The notes under the pieces were generated by a model that was given only the letters and a program-made list of their open reading frames with translations, had not been told where the DNA came from and did no database searches. A DNA stretch of 64,000 bases, taken from positions 21,857,867-21,921,866 of the forward strand of contig OZ316894.1 in the NCBI GenBank assembly GCA_973895155.1. Direction: 5' to 3'. A program made the position numbers and the translations under genes. Source of the DNA: Marsupella aquatica. Lineage: Eukaryota > Plantae > Marchantiophyta. Below are positions 12,507 to 25,819 of this stretch, piece by piece; within the stretch, counting starts at the first letter, position 1, and every line of letters begins with the position of its first letter.

Positions 12507-15500
12507 TCACACCAAATGGCCCTTACACATCTCTCCATGACAGTCCTCAACAGGGAAAATATCCGGAACAACGATAGCTTCCGTAGTGAAGACAAATGGA
12601 GTGAGCACCTTGGGCCCCGAAAATCTCAACTCCACAAAGAAAGCTCCATATCCCTCCTGCATAAGAGATCGATCAAGCGCACAACATCAGTCGTATGAAT
12701 CTGACGTACTCTTATCAACTAGAACTAGAACTAGAACTGGAGGAAAGCCTTCCGTTCGCAAGGGAGCCTGTATGTAACAACCATCTGCTCTTTTGAAGCC
12801 TCACCTTTGGATAGGGTATGCTCGCGACATAAGTTTTACTTTGACTGTCACCGTCCACACTACAAGGTTTCAGGGAGCGTCGACGGAAAAACACAGGCTG
12901 AATGCATAAACCCTTTATTGCAATCGTTGAGCTGCAAAACGGTTGAATACTGTCAGCTCTACGGGGCCTTCCAAAACTGGAATCATTTTCCCCCTTATGA
13001 ATCAAGTCCCTCAAACGCCATAGAAACGAAGAAATCTCAGTCTACGTGCCATCTAGAGTGAGAGATAAACGAAACTGACCAGTTCCCATTGTCTGCAGTA
13101 AACCATCGAAAGTCTCTAGTCTTGGTCCCCTTTGTGGTGTATGCATACCACAGAAGGACTTGAATTGGCTTCTCGGCAACACCAATTTCAATGGCTCCTG
13201 CAGCTTTGTTCAAAAACCACCAGTACTTCGGGCGACCGCCGTAGCCAGGCCTCCTCTCCTGCAATCTATTTTCCCTAGGCATTCGAAGCAACGATGTCCC
13301 TCTGAGATCTACGTCTCTATTCGTAGAACTCAGCTCATGGCCTTCAGCAATGCTAAGGAAAAATGCCTCCATCGCCAACAAAAGCTGTGTACACAAGGGG
13401 TAGTAGAAGATTAAGAATGGTTAAGTCACAGCGTCTATAAGATCAAAAAGCGCGTTGTTACTTTGAGCCAAGTGCAAGGAAAAATAGTAGAAGATAAGCC
13501 CAAGATAATTCCTGTATGATGTTCGTTCAAACACCCTCACTTCGCCCTGTTTTTCAAGGCCGTGAAGCGTTAAATTTCTGAATAATTCTGACGAGTAGGT
13601 GCCATGCTAGTATCTACCATCCTTACACACCTTTGGTATGCCCGTTATAAGAGTATGTTCTGTATTTGATAAGATAAGCATGTGCTTCTCACCAGGCAGG
13701 TCATCCCAAAAATAGTGGCTGCAGCCAACAACTCCGTTAGGTGAGCTACAGTTCACAAAACAGCTTCAATAATGACGTCACTTTAGAAAATGGACGTTGT
13801 TCACAGGATTTATGAAGTTTATCACAAAAAACCGCATCTTTGGGTATTTTTGACCCAATAACCATATTTGGTTACACATCACTATTTTGAGTACCGTGTT
13901 GAAAGGACAGGTAATGCTGGGTAACAATTAGGATGCCTGCCACCTATGTATCACGTAACCCAGAGAATGCAAAATATAGGAGAAAGATTTACCTGTCATC
14001 TATCAGGAAAAACTCATCATTAGAGGTGCTTATCACCAACTTTGGCATTGTGAGGCGATCCTTGTAATGATATGGATCCACAATAGCCTGTAAACCAGCA
14101 CGACACCCCGAAAGGTGAGAATATGGGTGGCCCGTTAAGGACAATTTCTACTATACATGCACTTAATAAGTCTGCTGGAAACATCCAGTGACAGCATATA
14201 TAAGCAAGCATTACGAGAAGGGCTTTGGAGAACCTTCCAGCTAATCCTCAAAATGAATTGACAGCGATGGAAAGTTTACTTCAATTTAACACATCGATAA
14301 AGACGATCCAGGAAGAACCTGAAATTACCATTAGTTGCAAGAATTCTGGACTGTCAAGGTTGGCTGTCAAGTTCAAATCGTAATATGGTTTGTAGGCGAG
14401 AGGCCAGCCTCCAAGAGCCTGATAAAAATGATGCATATTTGGGTTGAAATTCAGAATGTCCATGACTATTGGTATAATACCAACAATTCGCTGCACAACC
14501 AAATACCGAAACAGAGATATCAAACACAGCCCAGACAGGAGGAAATGATGATGATAGGGATCTCGTCTCCACGGAAGGAGGAATGTAGGACCAGGATTGT
14601 CAAGGTTTTGAAAACCCTCTGCGAAGACAAACACAAGCTAGAAGTTCGAAAATGTGCATTAAGAAATGACTAAGCGACTGACAAAACATGGCAGCGGCAG
14701 CGCTTCATCGACGAACTCTGATTTCTGTCAATTATTCGAACCCGCGGTAAACAAACGAAAGTATCTTTCTCCTTCGACGGAGCTCGACCACTTCAAATAC
14801 CCCTACGACACATTCCTGAAGAAAAGAAACGAAAAATGGCTTACATCGTCCACTGCTCCTGTTACCCATGCTTCCCAACCCCTTTTGCTAGCACCTGTCA
14901 GAACAAAGTTCTCCACCTGTGAAAAAAGGGAAACAAGAATCAGGTCTTGGAATCCGCTTCTCGTAGTTATCACCAACGATTAGTATTTCAAGCAAGCAAC
15001 TCTCCAATTAATCAAACCAGTAATTGCACAGCTAATGAATTGCAATTTCCTTCAACTGCGAAGTGACAAGTGCAACTTGAGGATTACAAAAACTTCTTAC
15101 GTTCCACTCGACTTAAAACCCGAAGTAAGGTTCCTCACGTTACATTAGAATACTGGGGTATTCTACCCATCCTACAGCGGCAAAGATCCAAGGAGTATAA
15201 TCTTCCATCTCCCACACGAATAACAAATTCGACCCGTAGTGAGGTTCCTCCCAATAACATCAATTGATACTTTGGAAAGGTCCTAGGGCAAATGCCATTT
15301 CGAGGCCGGGAACTGGACATGTGACACACTGCGTCTCATGCAGCGACCAAAAATTCAATTACAGATTAAACACATCAGTGACAAAGAAGGACACAGTGAG
15401 GGAAGTTTACGAATTCGAGGGAGGTAGCAGGAAGAAGGCGGTGAACAAAAATGCCCGTACGTGAAGGGAACGGTATACTACTATTACTACAGCGTTACTG

Positions 15501-18320
15501 TGATGATGAAGAGGAGGGACCGGACTGCAGGAGGAATGGGGAGACTGCAAAAAGATTCCTCGCAGATCGTGCGGAAAGAGCAGATTGGAGAACAACTATC
15601 AAGGGGAAGAAAAGACGTGACAGTGGCGGGAAGAGAGAGAAGCCGTGTCTGAGAACGAATTAATGCATGCATGGCCGATCAGTTCAGCACATCTGTGAGC
15701 CTGGCTGTAAGGGAAGTGGGCGGTGTTGAGTGGTGCTCGGTACTTATAGATGAGCGCATTCGACACTCGGCTTCTGCTGAGCGCGACTCTACTACTGCTG
15801 TTTCAGGGTTGTGCAATGGAGAGCTTGCCGAAAGTTTCTGACTCCGGATATCGCATGATGATTCATGACGACTTAGTTGGCCGCAATGTTGTAATTTCAA
15901 GGTGACATTCAAGGGACAGGAAGAGGCCGCGATAGATGAGCAAGGATGAGTTCTCTCGAACGAGTGAAGAACGGAGAGGAAAAGCCTAAGTTACTCTGGT
16001 CAAATAATTCGTCTATCCTCGTTCCATAAGTTTAACCTCTCTTTGCTCGTCATTTCTTGACTCTATTTATTGGTGGCCATGTCGCGTTCAAGGAATTACC
16101 GTGCTTGTGTATGCTTCGGACGCATAAGATTGGATAGTGTCCATGGCCCGTACAACAGCCTTGGTCATCGGGAGCCGCAACGGCCATTCCGTTTGGTTTG
16201 GGTACTTCAGAAAATGAGCCCAGCTATCTGCGTAGCAACAAGCAAACAGCAATTTGATTCAGGTGTACAAATTACGAAACGCTGCGAGACCCCTCATCGC
16301 CGCTCTTAACCAGATTTCCCTCCAAATATCACCATTGTTTTCTATGAATTGATCCGCGACTTAACATAAAATGAATCTATCGAACGAGCTCAAAAAAAAA
16401 TGTAAAATTCCGAGACGCAAGTTTGAATGCTGGAGAGTATAAGACTACCCTCATCTCATCGCCTGCGCTTACAGGTATGAACCATGAGCTAATTAACACT
16501 CGCAACTTCTCGATGAACGGAACATTCAATCCGGGCAATCCAGTGAACAAGAAGGAAAGACGACACGGTGCGTTCAGGATTAGAAACGAGCGATAGCATT
16601 CAGGGGGACTACAGTAGGCAGTATAAGTGAGCTTACATGCGATCAGGTCATCCTCGGAACGGCTCCTTCTGGGATGCTCATCAGTGAAGTGGCACGGCTG
16701 ATTGGGAACCTGGTGTAGGACCGCGACAAGGCTCTTTGTCTTCACTGCCACCCTGACGACCCCAAAGAATTAGTCTCACAATCATAGTTCCTACTTGTCT
16801 ATGCGGCATTGGCTCTAAACTCGTAAACGTCCACAGACACACAAGTAGCTCTTGAGAAAACCAGCTTCCCACTGGAAGACTGCTTGGTTGTGACGTCCAC
16901 TTGCAAATATCCACATTCCTGTCAAACTACCTAAAATGAAAGGAATTGAAGTACTGTATCGCGCAGAGCAGACAACATCTCTTTATTTCCGTGAGCACAG
17001 AACAAATGATCGCAAATAGAATATGATTTGCAATCCAAGTGTCGTTTCCTCCGGCAAACACAGTGAGCGCTTCCCGGGTTTCAAGAACCATCAAAATGGC
17101 GGCCACGGCCACGAGAAATTGAATGCACCTGTCGAGTTTACAATAAGAAAGCCCGACTCGGGAGAGTGACGATGGCAAAGTTCCAGCTCTCGCATCAAGT
17201 CAATCAACGAAGTTAAGAAAGCGTACGTTGCGGCAAGTATCAAAAGCTCATCAGTTGATGACGGACGATCGCCGTTGCTTCCGCCCCCAACAACGAGCAG
17301 CGCCGTCTTTGTATGGTCATAATGACCAGGCCTCTGCGATCGATAATAAACAATAGAAAACAGTTATGAAGGGAGCCCGCGAATACAAGTTCTTCCCGGA
17401 AGGCAAACGGAAGTCGAATTAGGGAGCCTGCAATTCAATTTATTCCTGATGGCCAGCTAAAAGGAATGACATCGAAAAAGAAGGATGGATGCATAAATGC
17501 TAAAACCGAGACGTCATTAGCGCTTAACACACTAGCTACAAATGAAGCTCGTCAAACAATCGCGCGTGGAGAACCCTTGCTTTCATATCCTCTGCTGAAA
17601 GCTTCGATACTCCAAGGCCAATCCCGGCATTGTCTAGGCCCTTCAGACAATACTGAAGTGAGCTAGACATAGATTTGGAATTCATAACCTCCTCACGAAG
17701 CTAAGATCATCACAGAAGCAAAACCGCCTCGCGTGGCTAACATAACATTGTGATTTGGCAGAGACCTTTTCTGGACACAAATAGGATCAACAAATGCACT
17801 ACATCAAGATCCTAGATGCATTTAGAAGCCAAACAATTTGATAGCACTAGTCCTCGAGTTTTACCACGACGACTATATCATGAGTCCAAACTGAGCAGTC
17901 GGTTTCGGCAGGAGACAGCCACGCCTGGCTTGTCATGTCCAACACCACTCCTTCCCATTTTTCCCATGGGAGGAACCCAGTCAACCGCTTGCCTGTATCA
18001 GACCATCTGCATGAAATATACCACACGCATCACGCAATAGTTCATACTTATCGAGCACCAAAACGAGAGACGCGAACTCACGCCAAAATGCTTCCTTAAT
18101 CCCTGCGAGCTAATCTTCCGGAAAACCGTCCCAATCTCCCATGCTTTCCACCTCCCTTATTCTTCTCTGAACGAAATCTCACACTGCAAGATCCTGACCT
18201 GTAATGCGGATCCACTTTGTGGACGTAATCGTCCAGAGGTGTCCCGATTGAGACAGAGTCCCAGGCGCAAGAAACAAGCAAAACAGCTACAGTCACGCAG
18301 GGCCATACATGCTTTCTCAT
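12507..18320 (-). CDS. Secreted PqaA/AprA-family alpha/beta-hydrolase-fold protein, 12 exons, 537 aa
   Basis: Phase-consistent GT-AG exons: 18199-18320, 17865-18006, 17227-17333, 16637-16752, 16100-16227, 14845-14916, 14329-14490, 13993-14087, 13631-13718, 13080-13384, 12805-12931, 12507-12656. Signal peptide plus motifs TPLDDYVH, LDMTSQAW, QVPNQP, RSEDDLIAYSW, LRLPMTKAVVRAMD, GASKRGW, IPIVMDILN, VDPY, DEFF, WDDLPGEKH, NTEH, and C-terminal DCHGEMCKGHLV. Confidence 0.92.
15400..15945 (-). repeat. Inverted duplication, copy A (intron 5 of the PqaA-like gene)
   Basis: Reverse complement aligns colinearly to 18815-19365, from atctatcgcggcctcttcctgtcccttgaat to ctacctccctcgaattcgtaa. Confidence 0.9.
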
Positions 18321-18814
18321 CGCGACTCCCCGTTACCATTCCACGGATATCGAAAAGTGGGATCCTAGAGTCTCTAGGGGCCTTTCTCCTTTAGAAGTAA
18401 AGGGGTCCTCGCCAGTAGGCTCCTCCTGGTTTGCGCGAAGCTCCATCATCGTGCTCTCTTTCTAGAGGGCAAAAGGCTAAAAAGAACTAAACGACAACAC
18501 AAGGAAAAAACCTCTGGAGTATTAAACCGCGAATAGAAAATTAAGTTTTTCGGTATTCTCCTCCAGAAAGCCTGCACACGTCCTCCATCATTACTACAGT
18601 CATCGTCCGCTCTCGCACGAATGCAACAATTATTACACAATCATCCTCCATCAGCGCCTACCGCTGTCGCACCAGACAAACATCCCCAGGGCAGTAGGGC
18701 ACATTATAATTGTGTCTCTGCGTCTTCCGGCTTCCGCAACCCTCCCCCACCCCTTGCCTTCCCCCCCTTCTGTTGCGGGGGTACAGAGTTGTAGACCACT
18801 GCGGATTCGTCTTC

Positions 18815-19365
18815 TTTATCTATCGCGGCCTCTTCCTGTCCCTTGAATACCACAACATTGCCGCCAATTCAGTCGTCATAAACCATTATGCGTTATCCGG
18901 AGTGGAAACCTTTTGGCCAAGCTCTCCATCGGGCAACCCTAAACAGTAATAATGTAGTCCCGTTCAACAGAAGCCGAGTACCCAATGCCCATGTATAACT
19001 ACCGAGCGGCATTCGGCAGCGGCCACTTCGCTTACAGCCAGGCTCACAGCTGTGCTCAACTGATCGGCCATGCCTGCATTAATTAGTCCTCAGACACGCC
19101 TTCTCTAGTTCTCTCTCCTTCCGCTACTGTCGCAGCTTTGTTCCATTGATAGTTATCTCCAATCTGCTCTCTCCACATGATCTGCGAGGATTCTTTCTGC
19201 AACGTCTTCCAACGTCGCTCCTCTACACTCCTCCTCCAGCAGTCCAGTCCCTCCTCTCAATCGTCACAGTAGCGCAGTAATAGTAGGAGTATGCCGTTCC
19301 GTCACGTACACGCATGTTTCTTCAACCGTATTCTTCCTGCTACCTCCCTCGAATTCGTAATCTGC
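18815..19365 (+). repeat. Inverted duplication, copy B (upstream of the PqaA-like gene)
   Basis: Diverged partner of 15400-15945, e.g. cttacagccaggctcacag..tgtgct.aactgatcggccatgc. Confidence 0.9.
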
Positions 19366-19971
19366 CGTCCCTCTGTCAAGCTCGAAGTTACCGTACAGTA
19401 CTCTGTCTAAATAGTAACCTCCTTCTCCTCCTCGAGGCAAAATGTAGCACTATGCATACGGCGTGGGAGGGACAGGGAGCGTTTTCAGATCCGATTACGG
19501 TTTGAATCATTGTTATTTACGGTAGTCTTCTTCACACGCGCGCCCCAGGTTGCGATCTCGTGAGACCGTGAGAGGCTAGAGAGTGGATCTGTCCGTTGAG
19601 CAATACTAACTTCACTCGCCTCTCCATTAATGCCCCCCTTCCTCTCTTGATTCTCCATGGATTTCGCTCCAGCTAAGGCTGCTCGCCTTCTCATTGATTG
19701 TCGTGTCGCCTACGCTCAGCGAAGGAGTCATATCAACTGGTCATTACTGCCTGAATCGAGAGAGCTGTGAGAACTAGATTCTTCTTCGCACTCTACAACG
19801 GAGATTGCCAGATGCCAGCCTGATGCTTTCCCCCGATCCAGTACCATCGTCGTATGATCACAACAATCCCCCCATTTCCTTGAAGAGAGCACGAACCAGA
19901 CCACGTGAAGGAAAACAGTGGACATCAATTCGCAGTCTACAGAGAAGAAAAGTAGTTCAATTTCAACACAA

Positions 19972-20162
19972 AATTGAACACAAACTAGATCGATGCTTCC
20001 CTCCGTATCGTACTACAATCGGAACAATTCCCTCCATTTCTTTGAAGAGAACGCATCACATTTCAAGGCGAAATTGAACATAAAGCAGATCGATGCTTCC
20101 CTCCATATCGCAGTTCAATTAGACCAATTCCCTCCATTTCTTTCAAGAGACCGCATCGCACC
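19972..20162. repeat. ~99-bp tandem duplication
   Basis: aaattgaaca...agatcgatgcttccctcc.tatcg...caattccctccatttcttt.aagaga.cgcatc occurs twice. Confidence 0.8.
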
Positions 20163-20398
20163 ACACCACACCACACAGCTCTCATCGGATCTTTTTTCTC
20201 TTTGGAAAGTCCGCTAAATTCTGTTCATTCATTGATTCTAATCGCATTCATTCGAATCGAATTTCCCACAGGATCTTGATTTCCCCCTTCTTCTTCCTCG
20301 TTCATGTTGAGTTCCTGAGTAGGTTCGCACGAGTGATGCTTTAAGTTCCAGCGAATGATCAAGGACGAGCTTTTGTCGTCAAAATGGCTTCCCACATT

Positions 20399-20702
20399 AA
20401 TGGCCCTGATTACCTGGGACCTAAAGTACTATTGTGACAGTTTGGGCTTTGGTGGAATGGTGGGTTTGAGACTGATTCTGTTCCCAGAATGCTCTGAAAA
20501 GCTCAATGGCGCTCGGACCTAAAGTACTATCTGTGAAAAGCATAATGGCGCTCGGACCTAAAGTACTATCTGTGAAAAGCATAATGGCCCTCGGACCTCA
20601 AATACTATCTCTGAAAAGCTTAATGGACCTGATGACCTAGGACCTAAAGTACTATCGTGACAGTTTGGGTTGGGTGGGTTTGACACTGAATTGCTCTGAA
20701 AA
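20399..20702. repeat. 39-bp tandem repeat x3 flanked by longer related direct repeats
   Basis: aatggcgctcggacctaaagtactatctgtgaaaagcat at 20505, 20544, 20583; related units at 20399 and 20622. Confidence 0.9.
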
Positions 20703-21776
20703 TCTTACCCTAGTTTAAATTCTCTTCACTTTATGGTCACAAGATTGGCCTTGTAACCTTATTCCCAGACAATCATTATCATATATTTTGGGTTCTAGGT
20801 AACTACATACATTGTGGGATGCCAATTTGACCACAAAAGCTATGTTTGCCAAAAAAAAATCACTTTATTATCACATGATTAGCCTAATAACCTTGTGTCC
20901 AGATGGTCATTATCCTATACAAAATGCCCTGTTAGAAGAGCATTATGGGCAATAATAATCTCTCAAAACTAGAACTTCTATGAGAGAGAAGTCACACTAT
21001 TTGGGTGTGAAAATGTGAGTGAAAATGGTATGCAATTGGTTTAATTTTTGGACAGCAGCATAGATAAAACATACATTAAATAGAGAGAACCTAACTAAAC
21101 CATTAATAAACATTCATCATTCATTCATAAAACTTTCTTAGTATGTGTTCAATTTTGTGTTCAATTCCGTTGATCTTTGTGTTATATTTGGGGTTATGGT
21201 AGTTATTAGTGTTATTGGAGCTCCTCTACTCCTTTACTCACATATTAGTGTTACTCACACTATCTACAATCCCACTATTTTTGTAGTGACACTAACTACA
21301 ATAAACAGTGTAGATGCAATGTCATTGCAGGGAGTCAGTCATTCTGAAGCTTTGCTGTAGCCAAGACCCTACATGACCAACAACACATACTGCAATGGCT
21401 GCAGCTGGAGGAATTTATGAATGCAGCAGGTTGATTCCCTCCCACTGTTCCTACATGGGTCCTGTGCGCTGTGATGCAATGCTTTGGTAACCATTGCATG
21501 CACATTTTTCAACTTTCCTAAGCCATCCTATATATGTGCAGTATGTACACACTAGGAAATAGGTACCCACATGTTTCCAGCTTCAGCGCACAGTATGGTG
21601 AAGTACACAAACCAGGATAAGAGCAAAGTTAACCCTTGACACAAGAAATTGATTAGTATATTCAAGATTAGTGAGGGTGGGTTTAAGAGAAGTAGGTGTC
21701 CATTGCTTCTTTTTATTACTTCTCTGAACAAATTCTGCACCTTATAAAGAGTGAAAATGACTGTAGTTGGCTTTTC

Positions 21777-21915
21777 AAGAACTGGTGGCCCCTCTGGTAT
21801 GGTGTCCCGGGTCCCACGTGGCAAGCAATGGGTCTAAGGAAAGGCAAGAACTGGGGGCCACTCTGGTATGGTGTCCAGGATCCTACATGGCAAGCAATTG
21901 GCCCAAGGGAAGGCT
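21777..21915. repeat. ~70-bp tandem duplication
   Basis: aagaactgg.ggcc.ctctggtatggtgtcc.gg.tcc.ac.tggcaagcaat.gg occurs twice. Confidence 0.85.
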
Positions 21916-23299
21916 GATGTGGGAGTGTTTATTTTATCTAGAATTTCAGACTACCGAAAAAGGTCATGCAGACATTTCAAACTTTGGCTCCATCATTCAA
22001 GTGATTTGCATTATCAAACTTCATTTCAAATTTGGGATGGAATCTTTTTAGAACATGAACCGTCCCTCCAGTATGCTTTACTGAAAGATAAGTCAAGAGT
22101 ACCCCATTTTACCTCTTGTAATTATGCCACCCCTGAAGTACATGGACCTTTCCTCTAAACCATACTGTTTGGATGGACCCTCAACAACTCAATCACTTTG
22201 ATTTATTGAACCTTGACACATGAGGGGGGCTGGAAATAAATCCAACTTGAAAGATGGTCATCTACAGCTTTGAGTTCAGTCCAAATGTATTTGAAAACCT
22301 TTAAGGTGATAGATTGTTTTATTTTAGAATTGCAAGGCATGCATGCTGGCCTAACCCACACAAAATGCAACCCTCGCCCCCGCCCAAAAGGGAAAACATG
22401 AACCCAGCCTAAGATTCCAACATGCCTTACCCACCCCACTCTTATACCCTTCAAACCCCTGGCAATGGAGGGGGCAATTGAGCCTGAGACTTTTCAATCC
22501 CAAGCCAATCCCATGGCCACCATTTGTTTAGTAGCCAAAATATCGTTACATTCCACCTCTCAGAATAGTCCTTGCTGGCTTTGGCACAGGTTTTTTTTGT
22601 CTTCCATTAGATAGTTTTCCACCATACCCGGAGACTCCTTTAGCCAGAAGCTAACGGTTAACAGGTGGCCAGGGGCAGCGTATAAGGTGAGCCAGGTTTT
22701 GTTTGGGTTCACTTTATGTGTTTGACCCAAGGGTCTCCTTTTTGCTTTTATGTAATAATCTTGGCCCAAGCCTCCAATCCGTTACGTGGCTTGCTTTCCT
22801 GTGCTAGATTTTTCCCTTGTCTTGCGTGAAAAAGAGAGAAAACTGTGTCCACTTGCTAGTTGAACCATTACTAGGTGGTTACATATAATGTACAGCCCAG
22901 CCTAGATGGGACTAGACACTAGTCCAGTCAGCGCATATATCAATTTTGGAGGCACAGGGTGGATCCGTGGATGTGTATTCCCACTGACCCCTCATGGCAC
23001 CGACCATACGGAACCCTTTAAATACGGCTTTAGCCTTTACTTAGTAGTAAAATAAAATAATTAATGTGCAGGAAAAACTATCCACTTCAAGGGAAAAAGT
23101 TCAAGGTTTAGGATTGTTATATGTTCACTGGAAATGGCTTGCGACTAGGTTGGGAACAAACGAAATGTGTTGTAGTACTTTTGACCTATCGACTTCTTTC
23201 ACTTGGACTGCCCAGACTTTCCTTGCCTCCTTGGCATTGGAGTGTAGTGGCAAGGTGGGTCTAGCATAGGTCAGTGACTAGAGTCATTAGCAGCAAACA

Positions 23300-23495
23300 A
23301 AGTGGAGGGGGAAGGAAAAGGAAGTAAGATTTTGTAGTTGTGTTCCCAGGTACACAGCCATCTGGCTTGAGAGATTTGTTGGTTTGCAAATATGAATCCC
23401 CAACAGTTCTGAAGTAGTTGCATCAGTTTCCCACATCCATTTGATCTGTCTCAATTGCAGTGGAATGGGGTCACTGGAGATGAAGACCCACAAAG
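23300..23495 (-). mobile_element. Degenerate L1-like LINE ORF2 fragment
   Basis: PIPLQLRQIKWMWETDATTSELLGIHI resembles the region after the RT domain of plant L1 ORF2. Confidence 0.4.
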
Positions 23496-24288
23496 AGACA
23501 GGACACCCCAGAACTGTTAAAGAACTAGCTCAGAAATTAGCTCCCTGTTATCCAGCTAGTAGGCCCTCTTCTCCACAATCAAATGGATGTCATCTGCCTA
23601 AAATCCATACACAAAGTGAGCATAAAGCTGAACCCCACCAATGACCATGTCGTGGGTACCAATATCAGGGACTTGTCCTAAATGGCGAGGAAAACAGCAA
23701 AATTGACAGCAGATATCCCTGCTTAAAACAACACAGAATGGAGATTTTGTTGGTGTACTTGTCATTCAAACATTCTAGGAGAGGCCTCTGTGAGATAGGC
23801 CGAACTTAATTAAGAAAACTAGGACCAAGATCCCATAAGATTGCAGCAGCTTCAGAATAAATTCCCATTCAAGAAAATCAAAGGCCTTATGCAATCCAAC
23901 TTCAAGAATTTGAAAATCTGGTCAACAAAGGAAGCATGATGCAACACCTCATTGATAAGCATAAGGGATTGATGGATAGAACGAGCAGGAAGAAAAACAG
24001 CCTACTACAGGCTGACCTTGGGGGGGGGGGGGTCACTTCCCCGGAAGTCCCACATCACGTGTGATGAAGTATAGAATCTTTGGTTGATACCTCTCTTGCC
24101 AAACCCATGGCCAAACCTTGATGACAACAATTAGATCTTGCAGTGCCAGGTGGTAGGATGATGTGCTAGATGGTTGTGACATTGGCAATGTAATCCAATG
24201 AGAATTGTTTCTTTTCATCTCTCTAGGATAGCCAGAATTTTCTCCTTCTCAGATTGTCCCTATACTTAACAATGAGATGAGACCATTA

Positions 24289-24665
24289 GAGCATCTCCAA
24301 AGGTGTACACTATTTTGTTTTTGTATACATTAAGTACAGAGTAAAGATTTGTCTTTAGTGTACTACATATAACAAGGATCTTTTGTTAAAATGCCAAGCC
24401 CAATGGTTATTGGGTTTTAGTACCTCTTGACATAGGCACACTTGGATACTAATGACCGGATCTTGGAGCTAGAACTCAGAAATTAATCATGTATTCAACC
24501 AATGTGCTATACAGCAGCTCATGTAAGGAGTACCCAAAAAACCCAATAAGCTCACAAGTGATTAGTGTTCCAGTACCCCATTGGGTTTGCCTTTTTTGTT
24601 CAACTTTACTGGGTTTGGTCAACATAGGTTATAGTAGACCAACAAAATAACCTTTGGAGATGCTC
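24289..24665. mobile_element. Tourist-like (PIF/Harbinger) MITE
   Basis: Perfect 16-bp TIR gagcatctccaaaggt / acctttggagatgctc, with TTA TSD on both sides. Confidence 0.93.
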
Positions 24666-25819
24666 TTAGGGAGTCTCAAACCTCAAAATTGATGGACCTT
24701 AAACTACTAGTTATATATGGACAGGAAAAGGTATGGATTATCAAATTCATGATCCATAGCTTTTTATCATAAGGATTGGTTGTATCATTGTACAGGCTAT
24801 TGAAAGAAAGCTTTTATGCAACCTTGTGGAAAAGCTATGGCCAAAAGCCATCATCCGTAACTGTGAAGCTTTGAGATGGCCTATTGTCTTGACTTAATTG
24901 CTTCAGGGGACAAGATTTTTATTCATATACCTAGTTGAAACTGTCTGAAAGAGAATGTTCGTGTGGCAAGGAATGAAGCAACCCTTTGTAGAGATCTAGT
25001 TAAGTAGCTCATTCTAAAGGGTGAACATAATTATTGCAAAGCTAACTTCTTCTAGTGCTGCTTAGCTTAGTCATCACACATGCTCCCTAACACTTCCAGG
25101 TAGCTTTGCATGTATCCTATGATGACCTACAACACCCTAGGTCTAGGTTCATAGGGTAGAGAAAGGAGTACTCTCTCAAGAATCGTGTGCCAAAACGTGA
25201 AATGCTATTAATGGGATTGTTTGCAAACTTTTCTTTTGTCTACATGAACATTAGCAGGGAAGAAAACTAGCAAGTCTTGCTTTTGCATGAATCTATGAGT
25301 AGCCTACAATAGATAGATTATATCATGATTATACAGTTTTGTAGTGCATGACTTGGAGTTGTCTTCTGGTAAGTAGCCTTTTTCTCCACTTTAAGTTTCC
25401 TAATAAAAATGCATAAAAGAAATTTGTTGCTCCATTTGCAAGTTTCATCCATACACCTTGAGAGATATGCCTAATCAACCCCCTCCCGGAAAAACTTTGC
25501 TTGATCAGCCCCTTGTAAACTTTTCTTGCCTGATCAACCCCCTCTTAATGAGCCGGACATGATGTTCTTCTAGCTCTTCTAATGTGAGATTTTGGGTTAA
25601 AATGACCAAACTGGATAAATAGTGACTATAGACATTTGAACCATGAACCCTGAACCCTGAACCCTGATCAATTTCACAGTGAGTTCTAGTCGGACCGCTT
25701 GCATGGTGGTAATTGTTGTGAACATTTGTGCCAAGCTGCTCGTTTTTGAGCATTTTGAACTATGACATTAGGATAATCAAATGTGAAGACATTTGTGTGG
25801 ATGTATTCTTTGTTGGAAA

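Noticed and set aside
18930-18946. caaccctaaac as a telomerase RNA template
   Set aside because: It resembles the common plant telo-box, no convincing USE was found, and the inverted copy has an insertion in the motif.
19668-19690. miR169-like cagctaaggctgctcgcc
   Set aside because: Too many differences from the mature miRNA and no clear star arm.
20505-20640. CRISPR-like 39-bp repeats
   Set aside because: Pure tandem repeats without spacers.
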